Assembly (NCBI GenBank): GCA_000165425.1
Contig: CT868452.1
Coordinates: 248,001-312,000, forward strand
Length of the DNA: 64,000 nucleotides
Direction of reading: 5' to 3'
Origin: Paramecium tetraurelia
Taxonomy: Eukaryota
The position numbers and the translations under genes were made by a program. The notes below the pieces were generated by a model, which ran no database searches, was not told the origin of the DNA, and was given only the letters and a program-made list of their open reading frames with translations. This document shows, piece after piece, positions 39,604 through 53,963 of the stretch (position 1 is the first letter of the stretch; each line of letters begins with the position of its first letter).

Positions 39604-40432
39604 ATGAATAACTTCTGTTTCAGGTATCATATTATTCAGTGAGATTAATCAGACAAAATATAGAATATGTTTATGATGAAACGTTATTAATTGTTTTTCG
39701 CAATATATAAAATAATTAAAGGAAATAAAAAATGGTTAAATTAAAGAGGATATACTCACTGCAACAACACCCCCATTAATATTTTATAAAGGATTTAAGA
39801 ATTTTTTCTTATACTTTTATGTAGATTCATATTAAATTCATTTGATAGTTAAACATAATATAATTTATTGTTCTTTATTTGCTAATAATAAATATTAACT
39901 TTAACTGTCCCCAAAGCTTTTCTATCTGATTGAACTTACGAGGATTTGGAATCACGATCTAACTATTTATGCTAATCAGATATTTGTCCTTAATGAAATG
40001 TTTCGATTTAGAGAGAAAATAAAGTAAAATTATGAGTAAACTCTTATAAAATTATATGTTCTAATATGAGCACCAGATAATAAACAAAAAAAATTAATAA
40101 TATAGAAGAAAAATATAGAAACATGGATAAAATTTGGAATAAGTATTTAAATGTAGAATTTAAATAAAGTGTAGAAAGGAATTCATTGATAATCAAAAAC
40201 TGCATTAAATTTAAATAATTTAAATATAAGAATTATAGATCTCCTTTCTTAAAAATTAAATTGATACAAAAAAAAATTGTCTAATATAAATTATTTTAAT
40301 GTACAAATATTAGAATAATATTAGAATATAATTGACAGAAAAGATTACAATTTTGCTTTAAGATAACAGAAAAATGATAAAAAGGTTAATGAAATCATCA
40401 TTAAACAATAAATGGAAGCGTTAAATTGTTGA
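39604..40432 (+). CDS. Possible hypothetical protein
   Basis: ATG followed by a GT..AG mini-intron, open segments, TGA 40430-40432; no recognisable motif. Confidence 0.35.
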
Positions 40433-40470
40433 AATTGGTTATTCATGTTCAATTATTCTAATAATTAATT

Positions 40471-41340
40471 TCAAATAATCAATTATCTTTCCCTCCAATC
40501 TAACCAAACATCTTAACTTTTAATTATGCAAGCTGCCATCCAATTTTTCTCATTAAAATGAAGAGTTTAATAAGAACTTGCATACATATAAAACTGGGCT
40601 TAATCAGGAGTAATAGAATTAGAAATTTAATCCCCTTTTTCATTTAATGTAACAGTGTATAATCCAATTTTCTAATGATTATTTTAAATGTAGTAAATAT
40701 GTGGATCTCCGATAAAAAGAATTGTATTATCACCATCAGATTTATAATCGTAAATCACCATACTGTACTTTGAATCATCAATTTATATTGGAGACTTTCT
40801 TTGAGTGAAGTGTTCTTATAAAAATAACTTAAATTAAGGGAATGAAAAGGTTTCTGCAAATACTTCTTTTGGAGCATTTGAATGAGGAGGATATCCATTG
40901 ATTAAAAATAATTTGGACTAGAATCCCATATAATATAAAATAAGATGGCCTATATATGGTTCTGCCCATCCATTGTCTAAATCATGTGGTGAATATTATG
41001 AATTAGAAAGATACTGAGGAATTTAATCGACTTGATTCATATGCATATAAATTTTTTCTAAAATTGCCTTTGATCCAAAAAAGCTGAATAACCATCGAAA
41101 TTCAGGAGTTATGTTATATTATGAAGATAACATCATCTAAATGCTCCTCCAAGCGCAACCCCATCCAGCATCATTTATTTAATCACTAAAATATGGTGTG
41201 TATCTCATATTTATAGTCGGGAGAATTTAATTGATGTTTTCATTTGGATGAGATATAATTCTGGGATGCAATTGAGTTTATCCATAATTGGTTTCCTTCC
41301 TTAATGATTCCAAATTTAATATAATCATTAAAAATATCAT
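40471..41340 (-). CDS. Ufm1-specific protease-like peptidase C78 (short, catalytic-domain-only form)
   Basis: YFSDQINDAGWGCAWRSIQM, GWAEPYIG, ILFIGDPH; intronless; start ATG at 41340 or 41328. Confidence 0.8.
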
Positions 41341-42104
41341 CTATATTACGATAAATATTAAGTGCGAAGTTATTCAATCATTTTTTCTTTTTCTGAGACC
41401 AATATTCTAAGACTGTCAATTTCTGCATTTTTAAGAACTGTTAAAGCTAATAATTCTTGAATTTTATTATATTAGTTTCCAGACTCAGCATATCGAAAAT
41501 GAAGAGTATCAATTTACTATTGCAGGTTTCTATTTAATAATTGCAATTATTCATTTTATCGTTAAAGCTCTGAATTAGAAATAATTAGTTGATTCATTTG
41601 TTATGGTTATCTCTGAGTGTTTTGAGTAGATTATTGTTAGGATTAATATAATTCTTATTGAAGTTTAATAAATTCAGATTTGATTGTCTCTAGTTAATCA
41701 TTTGCTTATTAATATTTCATTTTGTAATCCTCATTCATTTACGTATCCACTTTGGCTAAACAGTGTTTAAGCTATCTAATATCATACTAACTCTAAGTAA
41801 AGAGCTCATTAATTTATTTTAATTCACTCTCTCTTACAACTTCGCATCTGCTATGCTTTATTTATAGGTCTTCCAATTTATTACATTTATCCTCCAAGAG
41901 CCAATATTGGTGTCTAAGTTCATAGTATTTATCCTTCCAGTTGGTTTGATCATTCTGATAATATACCGGAACTATATGATGATATTTAGTACCTTCTAAA
42001 GTTCGAACAACAACTGGGGATATACTTCTAACAACCGTAACCTAAGGAGGGGGAATATTTATGACAGATTGATTGATTTAATGACGAGGGTAACGCGTTT
42101 GCAT
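41337..42104 (-). CDS. Coiled-coil hypothetical protein (255 aa)
   Basis: MQTRYPRHQ..RSISPVVVRT..WKDKYYELRHQY; 256 codons from ATG 42104 to TGA 41337-41339. Confidence 0.7.
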
Positions 42105-42120
42105 ATAATTATAATATTAA

Positions 42121-43150
42121 TCATTATTTGATTTATTCTTTTAATGTTTCTAATAATGCTAAAACTAATAATAAACTATACATTAAACAATGTTTGTATA
42201 AACTTAGGCAGCAACTGAGTCAGGAGCAGTTTCATAAATGCATTTGCCTTTTTCAGCTGATAATAACACTTTTGGCTCGAGTGGTATTTTCCCAAGAGGT
42301 TAGAGAGAATACTATTTGCATAATGAATCCCCTCCTCCAGTGGTTGGGAGAAAGATATCAGTGTGGTGTTAACAATTAGGACAAACAAAGCCACTCATAT
42401 TCTCAATAATTCCAAGTATGTTTGTTTTTGTCTTTTAACAAAAACTGATCTCTTTTCTTACATCAGACAATGAAACTTCTTATGGTGTTGTTACTATTAC
42501 TGCTCCATCATCAGGGGTAAGATTAAGGTATTGAACAATAGATATATGTTCATCTGATGTCCCAGGAGGAGCTATATAAGATGAACTTAAAAATTACTAT
42601 CAATAATTAAGAAATCCAATTCTCCCCAAGCCACATCAGTTAAAAATTGTTTAATTAGTCCATTTTTTCTTGGACCTCTCCAAATAATAGCTTCATCTTT
42701 ATTGTCAATCAAGAATCCTATCGACATCACTCCCAAATTTTCGTTGATATAGATGGGTTACCAACCGTTATTACTTGAATGAACTTCACTGGTCTCCAAA
42801 CCCATCATTCTTGGAATGCTAGGTCCGCAGATATCAATATCTAATAAACCTACATCAAATCCCTTGGATGCAAGAATATGGGCTAATTATGAGGATACAG
42901 TGCTCTTGCCCACTCCTCCTTTGCCTGATAAGACCAATATCTTATGTTTGACTTATTTTAAATTTGCTATGATTTCAGAATTATCTAAGAATATGCGAGA
43001 TATATAACCTAATAATTATTTGCCTGCCCCTGATTAGCAAAGTTATTAATTAGGACAACCAGCACAAGCTTCACTTTTTCCTGCTTAATCAGAGTTGGCT
43101 CCTGGACAGTGATCATTCGCATTTTCAGGAATGTTTTAATTACCTTGCAT
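42121..43150 (-). CDS. NUBP1: Cytosolic Fe-S cluster assembly factor NUBP1/Nbp35
   Basis: N-terminal [68 protein letters not shown]. Confidence 0.95.
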
Positions 43151-43206
43151 GTATTATAATTAATTAATGGGATTCAAAAGAATTAAAATAAAATTTATTA
43201 TAAGAA

Positions 43207-44448
43207 ATGGCCGAGTATCAACCACAAGGAATTGTTTAATAGCCTGCTCTCTATGGAACACCCCAAACAATTACAGGTTAACCTCAATTTGTGAGACCTA
43301 TTGTTCTTGGAAATTCAACCTACTAACAACAACTAGTAACAAATTAGAATTTGGGTCAGAGCGGATTCTATTAAGGTGGTGGAGTGTTGGTTAATCAACC
43401 AGTTTTGGGCGCATCAGCAATTAGTTCAAACATAGTCTCAGTAAATAATATTGTTTGAATGTAGACTGGATAAGCAGTAAAAGGAGAATCAAGAATTGAA
43501 TACATTCCTTATGAAAAGACAATAATGGAATACGAAGAAGTGAGAAGACAGATTTAGGTGCCAATTACAAGATAGATCACAGAATATTAGGCCATTTAAT
43601 ATGAGACTGAATATATTCCTTAAGTGATCTAAGAAAAAGTGATTGAATATATGCCAGTTGAAAAGTTTGCTGAAAGAGTAGAATACCAAACAGTCACGAG
43701 ATAAAATGTGCTTTAAGTAACATATTTGTATTAAATATTAGAATACTGTACAATAAGTATAGTAAACATAAATTTAACCAATTGTGACAACCCAAACATA
43801 CTAAACAACCACTCCTATTGTCTAAACAGTCTAATAACCTATTGTCACATAAGTAGCTTAACCAATTGTATAGTAATAAATGATTTAGAATGTTCCACAA
43901 ACCTATTATTCTACATATTAATGACCAATCGCTACATAATATATTTAGCAACCTCTCCCTGTTTAATAGTCAATCCCAGCCCCATTATATCAGACCTCAA
44001 GTCCTAGATTAAGATAGCCTTCACAATTTATCAAAGCATCTGCTCCAGTAACAACAACTTCAGCTCTATGTTCAACCTCCAGTTCTATATCAGGCCTCTC
44101 AGACTAGAGTTGGTGCACCTATTGTCCAAGCCTAACCTGTTGCCTATGACTATTAACCATAAGGATAATAATTACTCACCTATTAAGGACAAGTGGCATA
44201 GCCAAATTAACCAAATCAAGCTAATAATGTTTCTAATCAACCACCTAAGGTTAGTTAACAACCTAAAGTTAGTTAATCACCTTAATAACCACAAACCAAT
44301 TAAGTTCCACCTAATTTGGTATATTATTCATTTAGATTAGCAAAAGTAATAACAACAATAATAGCAAAAGCCTTAGTAACAATAACCAATTACAAACCAA
44401 CAATAACAGAAATAAGATAAAGGATTTTTAGCCAAATTATTCGATTGA
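43207..44448 (+). CDS. Epiplasmin (ciliate membrane-skeleton protein)
   Basis: Central KGESRIEYIPYEKTIMEYEEV..YETEYIPQV..EYMPVEKFAERVEYQ; Q/P/V-rich arms; terminal KGFLAKLFD*. Confidence 0.9.
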
Positions 44449-44493
44449 AATATATTCATAGTGCAATATAAATTAATATATATTTTTTGATTC

Positions 44494-45079
44494 ATGGCAA
44501 AATCATAAAGATCTAAGGTTATGCGAAGATGGAGATCCCTAAAGAGAGAACATCTCCAAAATGTGAAAGTCAATTCAGATCTTCATGATTTAAATTAAAA
44601 ATTAGAGGCAACCATACAAAATGTAAATTAATTATTTTTACCTACTTTAGAGATTTCAAAGACCTATCCAACCAAAGAATAAGTTTTTACATCCTAGCGA
44701 TCCAACTGCCTAAATTCCTAAATTTAAACCATAACCAATTGTTGATTTTAGAAGTTAATCTTTACCATACACAGCCACTTAATTTGTTGGGGCAAGAAGA
44801 AAGCCGGTTCAAGAAATAGTTTTCAAGCCAGAACCAGATGTAGAGGAAGAAATCGAAATGGATGATTAACAACAAAATGAATAGGTTCAACATGATGAAG
44901 CAGACGATTTGATTAATGCAATGGAAGGAGTCAGAGTCAAATCTAAAAGAGAAGTCAAAAGAGAAAATAAAGCCAGAGCTATGGAAGAGATCATACCTTT
45001 AACAAAAAATAAATAAATCAAAAAAAATAGAAGAAAGGAATAACCTGCAAGAAAATCAAAAAAATTAATTACCTTTTGA
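44494..45079 (+). CDS. Basic protein with LLP/DUF2423-like N-terminus (possible 60S biogenesis factor)
   Basis: MAKSQRSKVMRRWRSLKR N-terminus; basic C-terminus RKSKKLITF*; one intron. Confidence 0.55.
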
Positions 45080-45670
45080 TTCATGTTTATATAAATATAT
45101 ACCTATATAATTATTGATTTTCTAAAGAATTAATCTGTATTCATATTTCGAATGAGCGAATACAATGCAATCATAAAAAGTTACCTCTAATGAATATTTT
45201 GTTTTATTATTTCATCTAAGTATATTGTTATGTGGATACTTTAATAAATAAAATGTCCTATTTGTATAATTATATATTATTCGAATGGGAAATCTTCCTA
45301 ATAGTTTATTTTATTTTTTATTTCTAATTGACAATTAGTTAATATTGATTAATCTACATTATATATTTTTTATGTTTTTTTATGTAGATAAGGTTTCATT
45401 ATCAGTTTGATTTATATCTTTTTTGTTATCAGGATTTTCTAAACGGGTGGGTTCATATTAATTGTAAATGCACCTTCACCTAAATGAGAGTATTGTTTTA
45501 AAGCATATTAAACCGAATAGGAATTGTTCAAGTGCCTAAAACTGTATTATCAAGTAGAAATTGAAGATTTGTAAGTTTTAGGATAAACAAGTGATAACAG
45601 ATTGTAATTGATGTTTGCATTCTTAACTAATAAATTTCAATTTCTCCATAAATTAAAATATAAAATATAT

Positions 45671-46237
45671 ATGAGAATTGAAAAATGTTATTTTTGCTCT
45701 GGTCCCATCTACCCAGGCCATGGAATAGTCTTTGTTAGAAATGATAGCAAAGTATAAGTCAATTGAATAATATATAGATGTTTAGATTTTGCAGATCTAA
45801 ATGCCATAGACACTTTAAAGCTTAACACAACCCTAGAAAAACAAGATGGACTAAAGCATTTAGAAAAGCAGCCGGAAAAGAGATGACTAACGATAGCATC
45901 TTTGAGTTTGAGCAAAAGCGAAATGAACCCTTAAAATATAACAGAGATTTATATATCAACACTGTTTAAGCCATGAAAAAAATAGATAAAATCAGATTAA
46001 AAAGAGAAAACAATTTTTGGAAAAATAGGTATATTTTAATGTAATTCTCGCAGATTAAGAGCATAAAGGAAGTAGAATCTTGATAATGTAGAGACAGAAT
46101 TGGCAAAGAATATTAATTTAGTATCAGATAAGTCTGTTAAAGAAGTAATCAAATAAAAAGCCATCTAAAAAGCATAGCTTAAGGCATAAAAGTAAAAGAA
46201 ACAATAAAAGAAAGATATGGTCGAAGAGGAAGCTTGA
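45671..46237 (+). CDS. RLP24: Ribosome biogenesis protein RLP24 (RSL24D1)
   Basis: [70 protein letters not shown]. Confidence 0.95.
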
Positions 46238-46271
46238 AACTTAATTATGTATTTTTAAATAAAATATAATT

Positions 46272-48037
46272 TCACAATTTATTCATAGTTTATGGATTTG
46301 CAGTTTAAGGCTTTTTAGTAATTTTATATTACTTCTGTAATTCAATGAATTCTGACTCTGGCACAAGGTCTTTCAATTATCTACATAATGATAAGAATAA
46401 ACCATACTCTAATAGTTAAACTGATGACTATTAATGTATCAGTTTTAATTTTGATTGCCTATTACTAATTTCTGAGTCTATCTTTTATTTTGAATTCAAT
46501 AAATAAAATAAGACCTTTTCTTACTCATTTTTTTATTATTCCATTTTTTTCTAAGCATTTAAAGATCGTTCCAACAACAAATCTTATTAACTAAACTTAT
46601 GATAATTAATCAATAATACTTGTTTTCTCCTTCTCAACTCTAGTTTCTACAATTATTCTCTTTAGTTTTAAACATTTTATTCTCTTAATTGTTTTATTTC
46701 TTCTAATTTACTCATTCTCAATTTCTTTGAAATTTCATCTTTGTTTTGCAATTTCTCTTATAACTTCATTTACCATTGCCTATTCTAAATATTTGTTAAA
46801 AGTACTTTTATTCTTCCTGAACTTATTCTAGATTTTATTAATGTTTTTTCATTTTATCTTTCCTTTCCTTTGACATTTTATTAGCCTCTTTTTTTATAAG
46901 ATCTTCATTCTTTTTTTTCTATTCTTCTATAGATATCATTTTTTATCCTAAATTATTACACAATTCAGATTCCCAAATGGCTTTTGATAATGCACTTTTT
47001 TCATGAATCCTCATTAATTAGTATTCATATCTCAATTGTTTATCTTACCTATCTTTCGCTTATCTTTCAACTGATTTTACTCTATTTTCTTCAGTTTGAG
47101 TGTCTTTTCTAATATTTTAAAGTTAAGTTTCTGATTATTCGTGTTTTAACAAAGATTTTCTAAATAATATTTTCTCTTCTAATTTTTTATTTTTCTCAAT
47201 CTTCTCCATAATTATAGTAGATTTCTTAGTTGCTATTTCGTTATCTCTAGTATAATTCAATAAGAGTACTTTTGATTTAGTTTCTCTTAAAATTCTTTTG
47301 CCTTGGCTAAATCTTCTTCTATTTACACTTCTTTTATTTTTTTCTATGTTTCACATTTCTGTTTAGCCTTCTTATTTTATTCCTAAGCTTTCATCTTAAT
47401 TTCCATAATTTTAGCTGATCTCATTTATGCATTTTTCTGTCTTCTTTCTAGAGATTCTTATTCCCACTGGCGTCTATCTAATTCAAACAATAAAGCTTCT
47501 TTCACTTCAGCATTGTTTAAACTTAATTGCCTCTATCTTTCCTAGTTTATTTTGCCAATTTTATCATCGATTGTTATGGTTTAACATGGAAATCTACTTG
47601 TCGAATGTACACTATTAAATGGTATATGTTCATATCCACGTAATTCATCTTCTTCTTACTATTTTTTTTGAAACCATTCTTTTATTTGTTTCCTTTACTC
47701 TTTCAGTTCCATATAATCATCTAATTGTCAATTATGCAAATTACTTAATAATTACTCTAAATAAGTCTCATATTCAAAATCAAGTGATTACTAATCCAAA
47801 GATTTATTATTCCTTTTATTTCTATAATCTAACTCATTATGTTTTTCAAACTTATTCCTTAAATGTGAATACTATCATATACTTCCTTCTAAAGTCATAT
47901 TTAGTCTTATTCATTTTCAACAACGCTTTCTAAGTTCTTGGAGAATCAAAATTCGTGTTAATTTCGAACTCTTATATCTTAGCTAATAATTCTTTCTAAG
48001 AACTAAGTTTATGAAATTTAGTTTATGTGAAGAACAT
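46272..48037 (-). CDS. Coiled-coil hypothetical protein
   Basis: ATG 48037 (MFFTQTKF..FDSPRTQKAL), K/E/Q-rich heptads, TGA 46272-46274. Confidence 0.65.
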
Positions 48038-48055
48038 AAAATTTAATATTAATTA

Positions 48056-49457
48056 TCACAATACAATATTTACTCTCCTTTAATAACTCAATTTAACTTT
48101 CTCTAAGTACTCCCAAGATTATTATTTCTTCTAAAGTGGCAAATTTGCACTCTATAAAATATCATTTTATTAGAAATCCATTTATGTTAAAGAAGGCAAG
48201 TATTTAATTAAAGTAATTAATGCATCGTAAAGCATGATGATCTAACAGGTTATTACTAAGATCGATCTCCTAAATATTAGTTTAGACCAGCACTTCACAA
48301 AGATCCAAAAAATATTTAGTTGAAATCATCATGTCTGACATTTTCAAGATTTTGAGATTCTACAAATCCAATAATAATATTTTAATAGTTTAATTTCTAG
48401 GATATGTATTGCTAGAGATATTTAAGTACTCTAATCTTTTGCATTCACTCAGCAAAGTAGTTAACAATTTAAAAGCAGTTTCATTCAATTAGGTTCTTAT
48501 GAATTCAACTCTTAAGAGATTTATCAAAGGTGGTTCAACCATAGATAAATAAAGAATATGTTCACTAGTTATCTACTTATTCTTTATTGTAAGTGATGAT
48601 GAATTCTTGATATTTACAGAGGTCTCATTATCATTCTTTTAATATTTGACAGATCTCTCCCCACCATAATTAATAGTGACTAAATCTGATGCAAGATGAG
48701 GTTTCTTATGTTATTATTGATATTCTTAAAAGGTTTTAAAATCAGAGCAATTTATGTTGCTCCAATATTCCTTCCATGCCTTCTAAGTGTCTGGATTATG
48801 TGAGTTCAATTTTAATGTTCTATCTAACCTACTTTATAACCAAATATGAGAATCAATTGTATCTACTTCATTACTCGAATTAAAAAATAACTTATTTGAG
48901 CTTGAATTCTATTTAATCTTTTATGAATTAGGTCGACTGAAAGTATTTTCATCCTTTTAAGAATTATTCCCAGTATTTTTTTATTAAGGCATGCGAATTT
49001 CTTGTATTTTTAATTTTAAATCAGATTTCACATTTAATAACTCCTACTCGAATTATTCTTATCTTTTGTTGAGAGGTATTTTCATTCTTAAATATTTCCT
49101 TTTTTCAGGGTCAATTTCTTGAAATTTATATTCTTTGTTCAATTTCTCAGGTGAATTCATTTACTCAAACTCATTGATGTCCATCTTAAATACATCTTTA
49201 ATGATATTTGAGATTATTTCTGATGCTTTAACAGTCTCCTTCTCTTCCTTAGTTTGTTCAAACTTTTTAGGGATTTGATCTTATCTCTTTTATGCTTTAC
49301 GATCCAATCTTCTATTTGGTAGATGAGGATTTGGGTCAGTAGATCTCAAATCAAGAAAATCATTCTAGGAACCAACATCCAAATCCAAATTTTTTGCTAT
49401 TTTCTCATCCTTCAATGATTCTTAGACTGTAAATATTTCACCTATTTCGAATATCAT
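48056..49457 (-). CDS. Hypothetical protein with C-terminal leucine-rich repeats
   Basis: ATG 49457; LEYLNISSN, LKILKMSDM, EIDLSNNLL repeats; TGA 48056-48058. Confidence 0.65.
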
Positions 49458-49481
49458 TATATAAATATTATTTATTATATT

Positions 49482-50640
49482 TCATGAGTTTATGATTTTT
49501 AACTATAAAGAAATTTCGTCCAAACTCATCTGATTTGATTATCCTTTATCAAAGAATTTTCTCATTATTATTTCTCTCTCGAAATCATGATTAGAATCTA
49601 AATCTTAGAAATTTAATTGGTCAATATTCTCTTAATTTTCCTTTATTAATTATTTCTTTCTTTTTTAATCTTCTTCAAATTGAGATTTCACTTTTTGTTT
49701 AATTGCATTTCTTTAATAGTCATCTATAACTGAACTATTGATATTCAATTTGAATTTATATTTAGGTTCAAATGACTCCATAATTTATTTTGCTCTCTAA
49801 TATTCACAAAAGGCTTCATAGATATGTAAATTATTCTCCTTAAATATATGTACTTCTAATTCTTATTTTAAAAATGATTAGAAATAAAAGAGATCCTAAT
49901 AAATCAATAATTAATAAGGTCTATATAATTTTTATGGACATTATAACAATTTTAATCCCATTTACATTCTATGTCTTATAAATCCAAATGAAATCTTATT
50001 CATCTTCTGGATATTTTAAATTTCTACTGCTTTAATAAATCTATTAATTGATTGATAACTTTTAGAGAAATGAATAATATATAATACAAAACATTTTTGG
50101 ATTTAAATTATGAGAATCTGCATTATTGACGGCCTCAGTATTTAGAATTGGATTTTGCAGTTTTTGATTCATTTCAATTCTCGCTTTTCTTTTATCTTCT
50201 ATTTTTTCTTCTTTCTTTTAATGTTATTGGTATTAACTTTACGATTATTATAACTATTATGGGATATAACTATTTGTGGATTGCTCTGTAATCATTCTCT
50301 CAATTTAAATGAAACTTTCTCTATTTTCAGTCATCAATCTATCTAACCAAATAATTGGAACCTATCTTAATTAGTCGCAAATTTCTTCATTTGATATATT
50401 TGAATGAATAACCAATAATAAATTTAATAACTGTTCTGGTTTTGGATCCATCGTGACAAGTGCTTCTCGCTATCTCAATATAGCGAACACTGCACTTGTT
50501 TAATTATTGAGTTGTTAATTGAAACTCTTAATTGATAATTGAAGTTCATTAGTTGTTGAAGGATTCAAGAGTTTTTAAAGAGAGTGTTAAACATCGTCTT
50601 TTGATTTAAACAGATTTGTAAATTTAGATAGTAACGACAT
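49482..50640 (-). CDS. Hypothetical protein
   Basis: ATG 50640 (MSLLSKFTNLFKS); long open code-6 frame; TGA 49482-49484. Confidence 0.6.
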
Positions 50641-50708
50641 TTATTATTTATAAAATAATACTTTGCCATAAAATATTCTTATTGGAACAAAACCTAATAT
50701 ATATTTTA

Positions 50709-52659
50709 ATGTTAAATAAATTAAATAAAACATAAGTTATAGAAGAAAAACAAAACTCCAGAATTTATAACTCTATGCAAGTGGAAAGCAACAATAAAAA
50801 TTCCACTTAAGATTATCAAGTACATCTAAGAGCAGACTCAACAATCCTGATACCATTTATAGATGCTTGTTCCTTGGAATGGAATGAAAATGCAATTTCT
50901 GAGGCTGCAAATAACAATTCAGGGGATTATGAAGCTAATTTCTTGCATTTCAAACATTATCTTGAAGATTAATGTGTTTTCTTAAAAAACAATTATGATC
51001 TGGCAATTCGAATAGTTGATTATTTAGATAGTAAAAAACTATTCACTGATTACATCAAAAATACTGAGGCTTAATTACAAGCCGATGATAAGGGAAGAAG
51101 CACAACAAATATCCAGCATACGATTAAAACTATTAGAAAGGATATATATCGCTTTAGAAAAGAGCTCAAGGAGATAATGGCCATCTGTGCAGAAGCAGAA
51201 ACACCATTGATACTTAATGAAGTTGGGAATCTCAAAAAAGAAATTTTAGAGAAGTACAATTAATTAGTCAATGACATAATTCCTGGCATTTTATTTGATG
51301 ATATTTCAATTGAAATAGTTCAAAACTATTACATTAATTAATCAAATGCTTAATCTGACGAAGTTATTCATTTTAATTTAGTTAAATCATATGTGTTATC
51401 GCCATTCATTCCACGATTTAGAGCTTATGTCTATTAAATTTATGAAATTGCTCAGTCAGAGTTCAATTAGACTCAGTAATTAAATATTTTATTCATAGAA
51501 ATCTGTTAAATAAATTACAATAACTGGGTAAAACTGCTAGCAATTAGTAAACCTAATCAGTTTAATTATACTATGATTTACCATAATTTATAGATTAATA
51601 CAAAGTCAATCTTAATTAATAATGTTCTTTATTACCTACAACTCTATAAGATGATAAGGAATATTGGAATTATTATGAATAAAATGTTTAGTTGAAGGAG
51701 AAGATCAATAATGAATTAACGAATATTAAGATTAAAAATGAATAGGAATAATAAGAGATGAGTTTTGTCTAATTAGAATTCAATTAATTAGTAGAACAAT
51801 AAGATTATTTTCACAAACTATTTCTATTTCAAAAGCAAATTCCAATCCTTATAGATTAATTAAAAGATATCAATACAGAGATTAACAAAATGTGGAAAGA
51901 GTTGCCAGAAAGTAAAGTAATTTAACAGGAGCGATTATCATAAATGCTTTAAACTTGTATTAACATCAGCAAGAGTATCTATGACCAATTTCCTCATGGT
52001 AGGATTCCATTTAAATTTCAACAAGTCTCAATGACAGCTGATAATTTGGCTAAGTAGATTTAAGATCTAACTAATTTCAATATTGATTAAAACCAATTAA
52101 ATTATTAGAATAACCCAAGTCTGCCTGATAGAATAAAAGAACTAATGAAATGGGAGTACAATGGAGAATCAATTGAATAAGCTCAAGGGGAGAATGCAGA
52201 AATAAACAGTTATCTTACCTAAATATTTGAATTTAATTCAATTACAAATGTATAGAAATTTATGGCTTATAATTTTAGAAACCTCCTTAAATTGAAGGTG
52301 AATTAAATTAATAACTAGAGTAATGCAACCCTGATAATATCAATGAGATGATGGAACTGAATGAAAACTATAATATATGGAAGAATATGTAAGCTGCAGG
52401 AATGATCTTGAATGAAGAGTAATTATATGCAACTCTAAAAGATTTGCAAAGATTACCTTAATTTGCTAAGAAACTATAACATCTCAAGACATTCTTCTCT
52501 ATTAATTAGTAAATGCAATATGTTGGATATATTACAGATGTTCTAAATTTGGTTTAATTGGTCTAAAATAAATAGTTAGATCAAGCTAAATTATTCATTT
52601 AATAATCAAAAAATATTCCAAGAATTTATAAATAGAATTTATCATAAGCACTAAGTTGA
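50709..52659 (+). CDS. Hypothetical helical protein
   Basis: Long open code-6 exons from ATG 50709 to TGA 52657-52659; no domain confidently recognised. Confidence 0.55.
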
Positions 52660-52731
52660 GCCCATTAGGGAATTATTATGAATATATTGCATAAACAACA
52701 ATATTTATTAAAAAAATAGAATAATTAAATT

Positions 52732-53939
52732 ATGTCTTACGGAAATAAGATAATCCCAAGTGTTCCCAAATTCACAGAGTTTAAGGACTACACTTCTAGT
52801 CAAGTTTTGTAGATGCACACACCCCATTTATTATAGAAATAACATAAATAAGATCTAGTCTTATCATCTGACTATCAAATGGAAGTAGAACCCTCCAAAA
52901 AATATACATTATAATCAGCACATATGCAACTAACCGGTAAATAGGATGAATATTAAAGGACATCAGAGTGAAGTGTATTGTGTGAAGTACTCTCCAAATG
53001 GAGACTATCTCATAACAGCTGGATTTGATAAGAAAATATTAATTTTGGATATTTATAACAATTGTACTAATCTGGGGATTTTGGGAAGCCATAAAAATGC
53101 TATTCTTGATGTTGCATGGTAATATGATGGAGTCAGATTATTCACAGCGTCAGCTGACAAGACTGTTTAAATTTGGGATATGGAAACATATTTGCCCTTA
53201 AAAAAATTGAAAGGACATTAAAGTTATGTTAATTGTTGTTATCCTTCAAAAAGAGGACAAGACCTTTTGGCAACTGGAGGGGATGAAGGCTATACAAAAG
53301 TATGGGATTTAAGAACTAGAAAATTAGCTTTTGAAATTCAAGGCAAGGTAACTCTCTTTTTTTAAATCACTTCAGTATCCTATCACAAGTGTTTGTTTCA
53401 CTGAAAATGGAGAGAGACTCTACACTGGTTGTTTGGACAATATCATTAGATGTTATGATGTTAGAAAATAAGAAATTGAATATACTTTAGATAATCACAC
53501 AGATACTGTCACAGGATTAGCAATTAGTAATGATGGTTCCTACTTATTGAGTAATTCAATGGATATGACTGTTCGTACCTTTGACATTAGGTATAATGTA
53601 AATATTAAATCAAAGACCTTATGTTTAAGGAAAAAATAGATAAGTTAGAGTATTCACAGGAGCAACTGCAAATACGGCAGAAAAGAATTTACTTAGATGT
53701 TCATGGAGTCATGATGATTCGTATGTGTCTGCAGGATCTGCTGATAAGAATGTTTATATTTGGGACTTCAACTCAAAGAAGGTTATTCATAAATTAGGAG
53801 GCCATTAAGGCACTGTAATTATTAATATGATTCAAATTAGGTAAATGAAACAGCATTTAGTCCAAAGGATAAATTAATAGCCTCAGCTAGTAATGATAAA
53901 ACAGTAATAATTGGTGAAATCCCAGATGTAACTTTGTGA
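52732..53939 (+). CDS. SNRNP40: U5 snRNP 40-kDa WD40 protein
   Basis: AHMQLT|GHQSEVYCVKYSPNG; HKNAILDVAW; LLSNSMDMTVRTFDIRPY; EKNLLRCSWS; LGGHQGT|VNETAFSP. Confidence 0.9.
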
Positions 53940-53963
53940 TAAATTATTAAGAAATAATATTAT

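Noticed and set aside
45150..45649. Possible minus-strand gene divergent from RLP24
   Set aside because: No self-consistent exon structure or motif could be fixed.
50709..52659. VPS9 domain assignment from an MTAD motif
   Set aside because: A single weak motif is insufficient without a profile search.
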